A DNA stretch of 64,000 bases from a virus. Lineage: Duplodnaviria; Caudoviricetes. Each line of letters starts with the position of its first letter. Position 1 is the first letter of the stretch. Positions 10,315 to 20,955 of the stretch are shown piece by piece. Made by a program: the position numbers and the translations under genes. Under the pieces are notes generated by a model that was not told the DNA's origin, searched no databases, and worked only from the letters and a program-made list of their open reading frames with translations. The stretch is from positions 11,366-75,365 of IMG/VR virus record IMGVR_UViG_3300021426_000086. One strand, given 5' to 3'.

Positions 10315-11496
10315 TTACGATTGAGTCTGTGCCTGTACGTAGCCACGTATGCCTCCGCTGGTGCTCTGACCACCTGCGGTCAGGGCTGCAAGAGCAAACG
10401 GAACGGTGATGGTGGCCTTACCGTTGTTCACGGTCATGGCGCGATAGCCATTAGCATCGGCTGCTGCCTGGCTGCCGTAATCAGCCGAACTTAAATCCTG
10501 CATTAGCGTCTGCTTATTGCTATCCACAAGCAATACCTTCCACGAGCTGAAGCTGGTATCTACGTTGCTTGCCGATGGATTTCCTGCATCGCCCACCCAG
10601 ATAGTAAAGGTAACACTCTCGCCCTGGCGCAAGCTGGCGCTCTTGCCGTTAGCACCGTTATAAGCAAAGTACATCTCCTGTGGGTCCTGAGTATCGTCAA
10701 CCTCCAGATAGTCGGTGCTCACCAGCGTATCTACGTTAGTGCCGCTGCCATTATCCTTTGGCATGTAGAACTCGCACTTTACGATGGCATAGTCGTACAC
10801 ATCCTGCTCGGTAACGGTAAGTGTGTTGGTAGCGCCCTTGGCCACCTTCTCGGTGTCGTTTATCAGCCAGCGATACTTCACGCCGTTCTGAGCGTTGGTC
10901 ATCTCGTTGCCGCTACTGTCGTACAGGCGTGCCACCAGTCCTACGGTATCGGTAGGGCTACTGATGTCCTTATCAACTGTGCCCGAGGCCAGATAAATCA
11001 TACCTACATAACCACCCTTGATAAGTTCGGTAATGGTAACATTAATGCTGGCCTGGAAAGGAATAGCGTTTGTGGCCAGGGTTTTCTGACCCTCAAAGCT
11101 GATAACGTCGATATCTACGTTGTTGCTGCTGGCCACGTTCTTAACTATCTTGATAGCGGGCACGTACTGGCCGCTCTGATACATCTCGGGTGTGTAGTTA
11201 GTTATCTTCTCGAATGTACCTGCTGGCAGATCGCCACACGCCAGGCTCTTGCCTGCGTCGTCCCACTGTATCTCGGTGCCGTTGTAACGCCACTTATAGG
11301 TAGAGTCGGGCAATATCCAGCTGGCGCCGTTCTGCAATACTATATACACCGTGGGCTGACTAACGCCGCCTGCCCAGTTAGGCACACACGTACCGTCGCT
11401 ATAAGCCTGAGCCAGCGGCTGTGTGCTGCGTATCTCGCCGCGAAGCATCGAGCCATCCTCGATTACTTGTACGAAAAATGAGTTACTGATAATCAT
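10315..11496 (-). CDS. putative minor tail protein
   Basis: 393-aa ORF with Ig-like beta-rich composition, in operon. Confidence 0.55.
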   Translation of the reverse strand: MIISNSFFVQVIEDGSMLRGEIRSTQPLAQAYSDGTCVPNWAGGVSQPTVYIVLQNGASWILPDSTYKWRYNGTEIQWDDAGKSLACGDLPAGTFEKITNYTPEMYQSGQYVPAIKIVKNVASSNNVDIDVISFEGQKTLATNAIPFQASINVTITELIKGGYVGMIYLASGTVDKDISSPTDTVGLVARLYDSSGNEMTNAQNGVKYRWLINDTEKVAKGATNTLTVTEQDVYDYAIVKCEFYMPKDNGSGTNVDTLVSTDYLEVDDTQDPQEMYFAYNGANGKSASLRQGESVTFTIWVGDAGNPSASNVDTSFSSWKVLLVDSNKQTLMQDLSSADYGSQAAADANGYRAMTVNNGKATITVPFALAALTAGGQSTSGGIRGYVQAQTQS

Positions 11497-11510
11497 AGCT
11501 GTATCTGTTT

Positions 11511-11750
11511 TTATTGTTTGTTAATCGGTTCCAGTCGGTAGCCGCCTTGGGCTATCAGGGTTAATGCATCGTTACGATCCACCTGCTCTACCTGAGCCTG
11601 CTCGCCATCCGACATTTGCACACGGCGCAACAGACGCGAATCAACCACCCATCGCCCGTCGGCTGTGCGATAGGCGCTGCCACCAATACGTGAAGCTATC
11701 ACGGTGGGCACTATGCAGTAAGACAAATTAAACATGGAAACATTAAACAT
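11511..11750 (-). CDS. hypothetical protein
   Basis: 79-aa ORF filling the gap between tail genes. Confidence 0.55.
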   Translation of the reverse strand: MFNVSMFNLSYCIVPTVIASRIGGSAYRTADGRWVVDSRLLRRVQMSDGEQAQVEQVDRNDALTLIAQGGYRLEPINKQ

Positions 11751-11765
11751 TAAAGATTAAACATT
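11738..11765. repeat. heptamer tandem repeat (AAACATT/AAAGATT x4); also at 20937-20964 and 44937-44964
   Basis: Read directly at three gene junctions. Confidence 0.8.
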
Positions 11766-12969
11766 AAAATCTACATATCACTACTTTGCCGTCTTGCACT
11801 ACTACGGCTGAGCCTTGCTTTACTACCTTGTAGGCGCCCAGTAGTTCAAGCTCGCTATATACCAGCGATGACTCTTGGGCGTGTATCTTTGCACCCTCCA
11901 ACTCCATCTGTGGGCCTGTGCCCAGAGTGGTTACAGCATCGGTAGGTGTGCTGCCACCTGTAGTGCGGCTGGCGGGGCGGAACTTCCATGTTTGCAGAAA
12001 GTTTGCGTTTACCACGCTGGCATCGAGTGTGCGGTTGCGCAGGGTTACTATGTTGCGGAACGTCTTGCTGGCGGTGTCCTGCTTAATGGCTCCGCCGTCG
12101 ATGGCCTCGGTGGTTACGTCGGCACGTATATTGTTGTCCCATGTCAGTGAGCGCAGAGCCTTGTCGGGGTACAAGCGGTTGGTAGCCACATCCTGCACTC
12201 GGGCCACAATGGTAATCTGGTCGGCAAGCATGGCATCGACCACCAACTGCGGTGTACCCTGACCACTAACATAGCATGGAAACTTAGCACATGGGCTGTC
12301 TGTGGCATCTATCAGCTGCTCGGTGGTTTCGCCATTGCCTATAGCATACCACTTTACACGATACTTAGCACCTGCGGCTGTGGTGTCAATCACCTTGTCG
12401 CCCAAACGTACCGTAGCATTAAAGGTAAAGCGGCTGCTCGCGTCGATAAACGGATTGTAGAGCACCGTACCCTCCTGATTAATCTCGATGCTGGGCGATG
12501 TAACAGTGCTGTCGCGATTGGTCTGCAGCTGCACCTTATCTTTCACCTCATAAGTCTTACCAGCATTACGCGGGTCAACGTATATGGCGCGGCACAGAAT
12601 GTTGACGGGCGATGATTCGTTCACATTCTTCTTTACCGTCAGGTCGCCGTTGCTGCGCACCACATAGTCCACATCGCCCTCCTCGGTATTGGTAATCTCG
12701 GTGTCGTAGTTACCCGTAGCGGTGTTAAGCAGATACCAGCGCACTGAGTAGAACGATGGTGTGTAGGTGGCGTGAGTCTCGGGGTCGAAAACACTGAGCA
12801 TGGGGCGCAATGTGAGCGGTGTGATGGCACGGTCGGGCATATACTGTCCCGTCTGGTCGTAGTGCCACTGCTGCAGGGTGTCGCTGGCCTCTATGTAGAA
12901 GCTCTCGGTAAATGGCGGCAGCAACACATCCATCACCATTGGGCGGCTTATTCCAATCTTTTTTGCCAT
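11764..12969 (-). CDS. putative minor tail protein
   Basis: 401-aa ORF in the tail operon. Confidence 0.55.
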   Translation of the reverse strand: MAKKIGISRPMVMDVLLPPFTESFYIEASDTLQQWHYDQTGQYMPDRAITPLTLRPMLSVFDPETHATYTPSFYSVRWYLLNTATGNYDTEITNTEEGDVDYVVRSNGDLTVKKNVNESSPVNILCRAIYVDPRNAGKTYEVKDKVQLQTNRDSTVTSPSIEINQEGTVLYNPFIDASSRFTFNATVRLGDKVIDTTAAGAKYRVKWYAIGNGETTEQLIDATDSPCAKFPCYVSGQGTPQLVVDAMLADQITIVARVQDVATNRLYPDKALRSLTWDNNIRADVTTEAIDGGAIKQDTASKTFRNIVTLRNRTLDASVVNANFLQTWKFRPASRTTGGSTPTDAVTTLGTGPQMELEGAKIHAQESSLVYSELELLGAYKVVKQGSAVVVQDGKVVICRF

Positions 12970-12972
12970 ATC

Positions 12973-15393
12973 TTATGCTATTATCTGATTCTGAATTATA
13001 AGCTGCTCGCTGCCATCCTGTACGGTGGCGCTGCAGGTAAAGATGGCCTTGTTGCTACGGCTCCAGGCGGTTGGCATATCGTCGTTGCCCAGATTCAGCA
13101 CGTTGGTGCCTTGGTGGGCGGGCATAGCGTCCCAGGCTTGGTCGGCCTCGGTCTTGCCACTCTCCGATGAGCGCGTCCAACCAAATGCAGCGGCGCCTAC
13201 GGTGGCGGTAACATCCTCGTCGCCCCAATATAGATGGGCAGTAACCACGGTGCTAACATGGCCTTGATAGAAGGCATCGCCATTTGTCGAGGCAAATCCC
13301 ATGGTCCACAGCATGTAGCCGCTTATAACCTTCCACTTGGTGCAACCGTACTTAGGCTCTTGGGCGGTGCCGTCCTCAAGGCACTCCCACAGTTTATTGT
13401 TATTCCACACGCGGCTCACCTCAAGATCAACCTCTTCGCGCCACTCCTCATACATCTTCAGCAGCAGCTGCTTGTCGCTCATACTGCCGTAGTGGGCGGT
13501 ATCGAGTCGGTAAGTCAACCACTGGTTCATAGTAAACGTGCGATAGTGGTAGCCATCGGCTATGGTGTCGCCAGTAGCATAAGTGCCGGCATAACCATTG
13601 ATTATCGGCAACTGCGCAGCGTAGTCGGCCAGCTCAGGGTCGGTGGCATCAAGTGTGCCATCGGGGGTGTAGGTGCCGCTGTAAACACCATCGTAAGTAC
13701 TGGTCGGGTTGGCGCTCCACTGCCCGCGATCCACCTTCTCTACCTTAGCGGGGTAGTTGGCACGCGCCTGATGGTCGTAGAAAATTGTGTTGACGTAGAG
13801 CGACGGCATTTCGCGATTGCGCCAGTCTGGAAGGTTGGCCAGCTCGGGCAGTATGCCCAGGCACAGCGCGTACATATCATCAAGAATGATGGGCTGATCT
13901 ACTCGCCAGAAGAATGTAAGTCGCTTATCGGTGGTGCTGAGCACCCAAGCCTGCTGGCGACCCAACTGGCTCTGGTGTATATGCTCATCGTACTGACCTG
14001 TATCAGGATTGATGCCATCGGCCACGTTACCATGGCGGGTAACGGTAAGCATAGTGTCGTAACCATCAGGACCCACGGTGGCAGCCTCTTGCTGCATGGG
14101 TGTGCCCACATCGGTGGTAATCTGTGTGCCGTAAGGACTGAAGTTGCTACCACCAGGAACGATTGGCTCGTAGATGGGTTGGTGCTGCTCGTCGTAACCA
14201 CTGATGCGACGGCCTTGATACAGTGCCACGCGCAGCACGTTCTCGGTAAGATCAACGCTCTTTACACGCATCCACGTCTTAAAGTAGCTGCCGTTGGCCG
14301 TTGGAGTATGGCCGTCGGGCACTGCGCTGCCGCGAGGCAACAGGTCGTTCTTTATACCATAGATAATGTCGCCGGGGTAGAAGGGGGTATAGTCGTTGTC
14401 GTGGTCTTTGTGCATGTGCAGCACTAAGGTCTGTCCGTCGTCCTCATAGTCCACGTGGTCCACGGTGTCGCCCTCGGTAAAGCTATAGTCGCTCTCCATC
14501 AGCTGCAAGCGGTTGATGATAAGCTCCATCACTCGTATAAAACCGCGCACGTTCATGCCGTCGGTCTCAATCAGTCCCTCAAGCGCGTCCATCCAGATGC
14601 CCTTACCATCGGTAAAGCCACGGCGGGCACCGAGCGACTTCAGGACCTTCTCGAATGTTATATCATCCTTAAACGTTATCTTGCCCTGGGCTATATCGTC
14701 CTTAACCTTGCTGAGAAAAAATTTGCTAACATAGTTTGGCGTGGCCACCATCTTGTCGCTATCCACTGGCACTGCCAGGGCGCTGGTAGCTACGTCGATA
14801 AGTTCCTTGTTGTTAAGTATGAAGTTGATAAACGAGGCATCGCCCACCTTCATCTTAATCTGCTTAAGGAAGGTCACAATGTCGTCCTCCTTTGAATACG
14901 AGTACCAGTCGGTCTCGGTGACGTCCATTATGTCCTCGTAGGTACCCAGACTACCCGAGTCCATCAGCTGTATAAAGTGGCGCTGTGCTGGGTTCTGGTT
15001 GTCGGGCTCGCTGATTATGCCCTGCAGCCAGATGTAGTAGTAATCCTCAGAGCCTATCTGCTGCTCATTCTCGTTCACGCCGTATATGTCGAGCAGTTCT
15101 GATGGATAAACCACCATGGCCTGCACGCCCACATCGGCGCTGCGGGGGATGGCTACGTAGATGTACTTCTCTGAGTTATTGTTGAAATATGTTGGACTGA
15201 CTGCCAGCGACCATCGGCGGGGATTGCGACCATTGTCAAGGTCAAGGCCCTCTATACCCTCTATATAGCACGATACCACCGCATTGCTGGGCACACTGAC
15301 CTGCACGCGGTTGGCATTGCCCAGGGCATTAAGCGTAATATTAACAGCCCCTGGCGCTATCCAGTATTGATTAGTCTTAGCATATATGCTCAT
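12973..15393 (-). CDS. putative tail / baseplate-like protein
   Basis: 806-aa ORF in the tail operon. Confidence 0.55.
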   Translation of the reverse strand: MSIYAKTNQYWIAPGAVNITLNALGNANRVQVSVPSNAVVSCYIEGIEGLDLDNGRNPRRWSLAVSPTYFNNNSEKYIYVAIPRSADVGVQAMVVYPSELLDIYGVNENEQQIGSEDYYYIWLQGIISEPDNQNPAQRHFIQLMDSGSLGTYEDIMDVTETDWYSYSKEDDIVTFLKQIKMKVGDASFINFILNNKELIDVATSALAVPVDSDKMVATPNYVSKFFLSKVKDDIAQGKITFKDDITFEKVLKSLGARRGFTDGKGIWMDALEGLIETDGMNVRGFIRVMELIINRLQLMESDYSFTEGDTVDHVDYEDDGQTLVLHMHKDHDNDYTPFYPGDIIYGIKNDLLPRGSAVPDGHTPTANGSYFKTWMRVKSVDLTENVLRVALYQGRRISGYDEQHQPIYEPIVPGGSNFSPYGTQITTDVGTPMQQEAATVGPDGYDTMLTVTRHGNVADGINPDTGQYDEHIHQSQLGRQQAWVLSTTDKRLTFFWRVDQPIILDDMYALCLGILPELANLPDWRNREMPSLYVNTIFYDHQARANYPAKVEKVDRGQWSANPTSTYDGVYSGTYTPDGTLDATDPELADYAAQLPIINGYAGTYATGDTIADGYHYRTFTMNQWLTYRLDTAHYGSMSDKQLLLKMYEEWREEVDLEVSRVWNNNKLWECLEDGTAQEPKYGCTKWKVISGYMLWTMGFASTNGDAFYQGHVSTVVTAHLYWGDEDVTATVGAAAFGWTRSSESGKTEADQAWDAMPAHQGTNVLNLGNDDMPTAWSRSNKAIFTCSATVQDGSEQLIIQNQIIA

Positions 15394-15450
15394 ATCATTT
15401 TCTTTTTTCTATGGGCAAAGATACTGCAAGCCGCCGATATGTGGCTGACA

Positions 15451-16560
15451 TTACACGGCGCCATCTACGTCCATCTGCACCGTCAGTTGCACTTCTATCA
15501 TCTCGGGTTTGCTCTTGTCGCGCAGCTGGGTGGTCTCTTCGGGCAGCACGTGGCAGGGCAGCCACATCTGGCCTCGGTGCAGCCACATCACCTGTGCCAT
15601 CAGTACCTCGTGGATGTAGAACTCGGCCCAGGCTTCGTCAAGCGGACCGCTCGATAGCGTCCACGTTTCGTAATCAGCGTGCTTGCGGGTGGTGGCGCGG
15701 CTGAACTTCTTGAAGGTTTCCTGTCGCGATATCACGTACTTATCGGTCTGGATATTCACCACACGCTTTGGCAGGCACTGCAGGTGCAGGCTCTCCATAC
15801 AGCCCTTGCTGCTTATGAATCGCAACTCGGCAGCATCGGCTGGCTTAGGTATCACGTAGATGTTGCGCCCGCCAACCACCATAGCACCCGTGGCCTGCGG
15901 TGTAAACTGGTCAGATCGTGGCCCGTTCTGCGGCGCATTGCTCACAAACTCTGGGTCGGGGTCGTCGCTCATATAGTCGCACTCCAGCCCGCGACTGAAA
16001 TCTACGGGATAAACCATCGTGGTGTTCTGATGCACCACCTCTACACCCGATGCAGGCTTGCAGGTCATTACCGATAGCTGCTGCGTATCTTCGCCCGTAG
16101 CCTGCAGTCGCTCCAGGTCGGTAAATCGGCCAAGGAAGGCATAGTAGTAGAAGTAGAGCGTACCCTGGTCGCCCTGCATGCTGCCTGGGTGATACACACG
16201 ACCTTGGTTCTCATACAGTCGCCCATCAATCATCCAGTCGTCGGCAGCCTCCAGTCGGAATTTCACGTAGGGGTACTGCGATGGTGGTGCTACATCATAC
16301 ACGTAGCGGTCGGCCACGGCACGCAGTGCGCTCGATATGTCGAACTGCGCCACTGTGGTGGTGGCATCTACTGCAGTCGAGAATTTAAACTCCAGATCGT
16401 CCTCGTCGCTATCGCCGCCGGGGATAATCAATCGGGCATACACCATCAGCTGTGTGCGATGGAAATTGTATATCGACTTGTGCGTGCTGGGTGTTACGTT
16501 GAACACCAGTGGACTGCCTATCAGCGGCGAACCACTCAGGAACTCTATCTTCTTAGCCAT
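15451..16560 (-). CDS. putative tail protein
   Basis: 369-aa ORF in the tail operon. Confidence 0.55.
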   Translation of the reverse strand: MAKKIEFLSGSPLIGSPLVFNVTPSTHKSIYNFHRTQLMVYARLIIPGGDSDEDDLEFKFSTAVDATTTVAQFDISSALRAVADRYVYDVAPPSQYPYVKFRLEAADDWMIDGRLYENQGRVYHPGSMQGDQGTLYFYYYAFLGRFTDLERLQATGEDTQQLSVMTCKPASGVEVVHQNTTMVYPVDFSRGLECDYMSDDPDPEFVSNAPQNGPRSDQFTPQATGAMVVGGRNIYVIPKPADAAELRFISSKGCMESLHLQCLPKRVVNIQTDKYVISRQETFKKFSRATTRKHADYETWTLSSGPLDEAWAEFYIHEVLMAQVMWLHRGQMWLPCHVLPEETTQLRDKSKPEMIEVQLTVQMDVDGAV

Positions 16561-16574
16561 ATCTTATATAGTTT

Positions 16575-19379
16575 TTACATTGCAAAGAAATCTATCTTGG
16601 TTTTGCCCACACCCTTCTGCACATCTACGGCATACTCTATGGTGTTGATAAAACCTATCTTACCGTCAATCTCCCACAGGCGCAGCCACTTGTTTGGAAT
16701 GTCGGCCAGTTCGGCGGCGGTGCAAAGTGCTTCAACCTCATAGCGCTGGCGATCAAGCAGGAAGCGGAAGAACTCGGCCATAAACGTGTCAGTGGTGCCG
16801 CGACTGCGAATGCGGGCGGCTATCGTTCCGTCGGCATTGCGCACGTCGTCGTCGCAAGGTATCAGCCATGAATCGTCCCACTCCTTCGGATTGGTTGATA
16901 TCTTGAGCTGCCCCGATACATATTTGTAGCGGAAGGGCTTGTAGGCGCAGGGCTTGAGCGAGAATGAACCTGCGGGCGATGTGCCCATAAATCGGCCACG
17001 CACATCGTATGAGTCAGCCGTTACGGCATAATCCTCAGCCGATATACCCCAACGACTATTGCCAAAGCCGTCGTAGTCCTCGTCGAACTCGTAAGGCTCT
17101 TCGCTGCCTGCTCCTGGGCGCAGTATGCCCACGGTCAGTCCCCACTCATGGCTCATCAGGGGCGATTGTCCGTCGTCTGTGCCCGTGGGATCGTAGTTCT
17201 CAAGCAGCTTCATGTTGTAGTTAAAGAACACCTCGCTGCGACCCACCACCATCACGTTCTGGACAATCATAGGCAGCAGCTCATGCTCCATATCTTCATC
17301 TACAAACGGGGCCAGCAGTATAGAGCCGTTCTGGTCGCGCTTTAGCACGTTGCAGATGATAGGTTCAAACTGGCTGCGATACTCGCGCACATAGTCGTCG
17401 TTCTCTTTCGAGCAGTCGCCTATCTCGGCACCCTTCAGTCCGCCCACCTCAAATAGCGATGGTTTCATCTCACCCACGGTCTTGGCGTCAGCATCTATCT
17501 TTATGCGGTAGGCGTTGCCGGTGGCCAGGTCAACGTAGCAGTTCATATTACCTATATCCACTAACTTTGTTATAGTGCTGTAAGGTGCCAGCAGGGTGCG
17601 GCCCTGCTGGTACTCCATGTAGTCGTAAGTGGTGTCGTAGTCCTTCTTCTGGTAGCGTATGTTGTCGCGCTGCTCCTGCAGATCGCTTTCGGCAGCATAT
17701 CCGGCACGCACGCCAGTAATCTTCTCGGTGTGTTTTACCATCGAGAGCACTGTACCCTTCAGTTTCACGGGGGCTTGCTGCTGGCGGAACATGTCGCGCA
17801 GCAGGCGCACCGTCACCTTGTTTTGCTCTACATCATAGCAGAATCGCACGCCAAAGGTGTTCTCAAGGCTCTCGATAACCTCCGATACGTTCACATCTGG
17901 GTAGTTATCGTTAGTGGCATACATCTCCTGCACACATGCCGAAACCTGCTGATTGCGCACGCTCGACACGCTGTAGGTGCGATCCAGATGGTAAGTCCAT
18001 CCCTCGTAGCGGCACGGCCATTGGTTCCACGTTACCAGCGGACCCACCGAGCCGTCATCGTTATCCATCTTGATATAGTACGATGGTGTGTAAGGCACGT
18101 TCTCAAGCACCACGGCATTGTCGCACGATTTCACCTCTTCTGCTGTAAGCGTAAGATACTTATGATAGTCGTCGCTCGACTGGTCGATGGTGTTAAGCAG
18201 CACCTCCTTGTCCAGGTTGTTATAGTCTATGCTTAGCTGTCCGCCACACCCGCGACTGCTCAACCATCGGTTTATATCCTCTATGTTGTCGAGCTCCAGT
18301 TGGGTGTTCTCGGTACTATACTTGCAGGCGGTGTTGAAAAAACACAGATAGTTAAAATCTTCGATATTGGTCAGGGCGCTCATATCGTAGGCCATGCCCA
18401 GGTCCTTAAACAGTCGCTCAAGGAAGTAGGCCACGTAGAAGCAGATGCCGCTGGCAGGGCGGTTGGCATCCAGCACCCAGTAAGGACCAAAGTTATGCTT
18501 GTCGTCGGGCGTGGCAGCGCCATTGGGCACCAGCGCATCGTCAGTCTCATACACCAGATTGCCGTCCTCGTCGGTTTCGCCGCTGTTCTTCTTGTCGTGG
18601 TGGGCGTAGCAGATGCGCGAGTTGCAGTAAGGCCATCGCTTGCCGTGTTCGTCGCCAGCGCCGTAAGGTGTCTTGGTGTTGATATACAGCTCATCCACCT
18701 GCGGGGTAGTTATGTGCTGTCCGTCGATGGTAAGCGAGTCCTGACTGGGTACGGCCTCTATGCCGTCCTCCTTGGTTATGCACTTGGCGGGATAGCTAAA
18801 GCCCAGAGCGGGCGGTTGGAAAGTGCCGTCGATAACCTCGGCCTTCTGCGTTATCTCGGTGGTGCCTATCTCGTGCGTCCACTGGTCAGATGGGTCTGAT
18901 GGGTCGCCAGGCGATTGGCGGTCAACCTGTATGCGCTGTCGCCACACCGTCTCGTACTCCACGTGCAGACTCACGTCGCCTATCTTCTCGCCTATCAGTA
19001 TGTCGTCATCCACCGATACGTCGCGGCAGCGCAAGTCTTGAATCATATCCTTAAAGGTGCGGTTGGTGGCATCCAGGTTCACGTCGATAGAGTCGGTCAC
19101 TCGGGCATCCTCCTGCACCTTCAGTACGGCGCTGCGCATGGGCACACCGTCGATGACTATCTGCAGTCGCTCGCCCTCCATATCCACGGCACGCATCTTT
19201 GAGTTCACGTTCTCAAGGTTCTGCACCAGATGGCGGTTGCCATCCAGCGGCAATGGGAAGTCGTGGCTAAACATCTCCACGTCATTGAACATCGGGTTTT
19301 TCTCTGTTATCGTCACCGATGAGTCGGGCTTCATGGCCAGCGGCCCCGATTTACCGATTATAGCTAAATGACTGTGCAT
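16575..19379 (-). CDS. large putative tail protein (about 934 aa)
   Basis: First gene after the promoter at 19404; ATG at 19379 preferred over TTG 19406, which lies in the promoter. Confidence 0.6.
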   Translation of the reverse strand: MHSHLAIIGKSGPLAMKPDSSVTITEKNPMFNDVEMFSHDFPLPLDGNRHLVQNLENVNSKMRAVDMEGERLQIVIDGVPMRSAVLKVQEDARVTDSIDVNLDATNRTFKDMIQDLRCRDVSVDDDILIGEKIGDVSLHVEYETVWRQRIQVDRQSPGDPSDPSDQWTHEIGTTEITQKAEVIDGTFQPPALGFSYPAKCITKEDGIEAVPSQDSLTIDGQHITTPQVDELYINTKTPYGAGDEHGKRWPYCNSRICYAHHDKKNSGETDEDGNLVYETDDALVPNGAATPDDKHNFGPYWVLDANRPASGICFYVAYFLERLFKDLGMAYDMSALTNIEDFNYLCFFNTACKYSTENTQLELDNIEDINRWLSSRGCGGQLSIDYNNLDKEVLLNTIDQSSDDYHKYLTLTAEEVKSCDNAVVLENVPYTPSYYIKMDNDDGSVGPLVTWNQWPCRYEGWTYHLDRTYSVSSVRNQQVSACVQEMYATNDNYPDVNVSEVIESLENTFGVRFCYDVEQNKVTVRLLRDMFRQQQAPVKLKGTVLSMVKHTEKITGVRAGYAAESDLQEQRDNIRYQKKDYDTTYDYMEYQQGRTLLAPYSTITKLVDIGNMNCYVDLATGNAYRIKIDADAKTVGEMKPSLFEVGGLKGAEIGDCSKENDDYVREYRSQFEPIICNVLKRDQNGSILLAPFVDEDMEHELLPMIVQNVMVVGRSEVFFNYNMKLLENYDPTGTDDGQSPLMSHEWGLTVGILRPGAGSEEPYEFDEDYDGFGNSRWGISAEDYAVTADSYDVRGRFMGTSPAGSFSLKPCAYKPFRYKYVSGQLKISTNPKEWDDSWLIPCDDDVRNADGTIAARIRSRGTTDTFMAEFFRFLLDRQRYEVEALCTAAELADIPNKWLRLWEIDGKIGFINTIEYAVDVQKGVGKTKIDFFAM

Positions 19380-19403
19380 ACTATATCTGTATTTTTGTTG
19401 ATG

Positions 19404-19411
19404 CAAAGATA
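19404..19411 (-). promoter_or_regulatory. Bacteroidetes -7 element TATCTTTG, candidate tail-operon promoter
   Basis: TAnnTTTG match 25 nt upstream of ATG 19379. Confidence 0.6.
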
Positions 19412-19470
19412 AGGTAAAGCCTCGTAGTTAGGCAGACATTGCGGGACACGCGATGTTTTCTTTTCGGCAA

Positions 19471-20016
19471 CTACTTGCGGCGCAGGGTTACTTCCCAGCC
19501 CATCTGCTCGATGCGGGCTACAAGCCAGTTTAGGTCGTTACGATGCTCGTAGCACTCGTCGCGCTCGGCTTCCATCAGCTCAACTATATGGTTTTCCAAC
19601 TCACGCTGTTCGTCCTCCAGCTTTCGTTGACGGCGGCGACGATTACGGGCTTGTATCAGCCGGCGTATCTTTTTGATATTCTCAGCCACACGCTGCTCGT
19701 CAGGGTTGGTAGTGCCTGCAGGTGGCATCAACTTATTTAGTGCGCTTACACTAAGCAGTGGGTAGGTATCGGCAAACATCCGTAACTTTTCCTTATCTGC
19801 TTTTAAGGTTATTGCATAATAATAGTAATAGCACTGTTCACCCTGTTTCCATGTTTCGGGTGCGGCACTGAATGTAATCAGTATGCCGTCGCATACACCC
19901 TGCTCTAAAAGCCACAGCACCTCTTTCTGTGTGGCTATCACAGAGCCTTCAGAGCGGCCATTCCTTCTTACATTCGTCCAAATGGCATCTTTCTTCTTTT
20001 TTATTTCTTCTGTCAT
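19471..20016 (-). CDS. hypothetical protein with a coiled-coil C-terminus
   Basis: 181-aa ORF. Confidence 0.65.
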   Translation of the reverse strand: MTEEIKKKKDAIWTNVRRNGRSEGSVIATQKEVLWLLEQGVCDGILITFSAAPETWKQGEQCYYYYYAITLKADKEKLRMFADTYPLLSVSALNKLMPPAGTTNPDEQRVAENIKKIRRLIQARNRRRRQRKLEDEQRELENHIVELMEAERDECYEHRNDLNWLVARIEQMGWEVTLRRK

Positions 20017-20027
20017 ATCGCCTACTT

Positions 20028-20297
20028 CTACTTTTTCAAATACTCCTTTTCAGCAGTGTTTAGGGCGGTTTGTATCAAATCTTCAAAGATTTGGACGCAG
20101 CCCTTCTTGTCGGCTGATTTGCGTAGCTCGTCGAGTGTGCGGTTGACAGAATAGCGCATGCCAAACTCTATGCCTGTCTTAACACCACGCCTCACACCAG
20201 CGATATATACTATCATCAGGAGTGCTAATACCGCAATAGTCATCAGTACCACCACCCAAATATTCATCTGCAATAGCGCAATAGGTAATATACTCAT
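20028..20297 (-). CDS. small membrane protein
   Basis: 89 aa with an N-terminal hydrophobic helix. Confidence 0.65.
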   Translation of the reverse strand: MSILPIALLQMNIWVVVLMTIAVLALLMIVYIAGVRRGVKTGIEFGMRYSVNRTLDELRKSADKKGCVQIFEDLIQTALNTAEKEYLKK

Positions 20298-20324
20298 ATC
20301 ATTCTTTTGTTAGGTTAAGCAAAC

Positions 20325-20350
20325 CTGCCAGGGACCTGTCCCCTGGCAGG
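20325..20350. repeat. REP-like palindrome CTGCCAGG(G/T)ACCTGTCCCCTGGCAG; other copies at 41272, 41307, 42878 (partial), 51666, 51713
   Basis: The 26-bp copy at 51713-51738 differs by 1 nt; the other copies have 2-3 mismatches. Confidence 0.8.
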
Positions 20351-20361
20351 GTGGGAAACTC

Positions 20362-20931
20362 TTAGAACGGCAGGTCGTCGGTGTCCTGCTGTGGAGGGAA
20401 GGGCTGCTCGGCGGTAGGCTGCCAACCTTGGGCACCGCTGGCGGCGGTAGCGTTGGCGGGGGCTGCCTGCTGACCGCCACCCTGGCGCTGATGACAGTAC
20501 ATAGAGCCCAAACGACAGCGCACGGCATCGTACATGGCATTGCGCAGGTCGGTGTTGTGCTCGGGATCCTCCAAGTCGGGGCCAGTCCACTCGGGATGCT
20601 CTGACAGCAGGCGCTTGCGTGCTGCCTCTAAAGCACGCTGGCGAAACTCAGGCGAGAACGATACCTCCATCTGGTGCGATGGGGGAGTGTAGCCCGTCAT
20701 ATCGTCGCCACTCTGCTGCTTGCGCTGTATGCAAGCCTGACGGAACTTATCGTTGGTCTCGGCCATAAACACACGCGCCGAGGCGTACTTGCCATCCTGA
20801 GTAATCTGGATGTCGTTGTAAGGTACGGGTATGCACACCCAAGCCATGTCGGGGTGCTTCTCATCGAGATGGGTAAACACTCGGGCTCCTTTAAAGCCCA
20901 AAAGATTCAATAATCCACTAAAATTTGCCAT
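20362..20931 (-). CDS. putative single-stranded DNA-binding protein
   Basis: Gln/Ala/Gly-rich linker and acidic C-terminal DTDDLPF tail; next to the clamp gene. Confidence 0.6.
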   Translation of the reverse strand: MANFSGLLNLLGFKGARVFTHLDEKHPDMAWVCIPVPYNDIQITQDGKYASARVFMAETNDKFRQACIQRKQQSGDDMTGYTPPSHQMEVSFSPEFRQRALEAARKRLLSEHPEWTGPDLEDPEHNTDLRNAMYDAVRCRLGSMYCHQRQGGGQQAAPANATAASGAQGWQPTAEQPFPPQQDTDDLPF

Positions 20932-20955
20932 AGGTTATACATTAAACATTAAACA

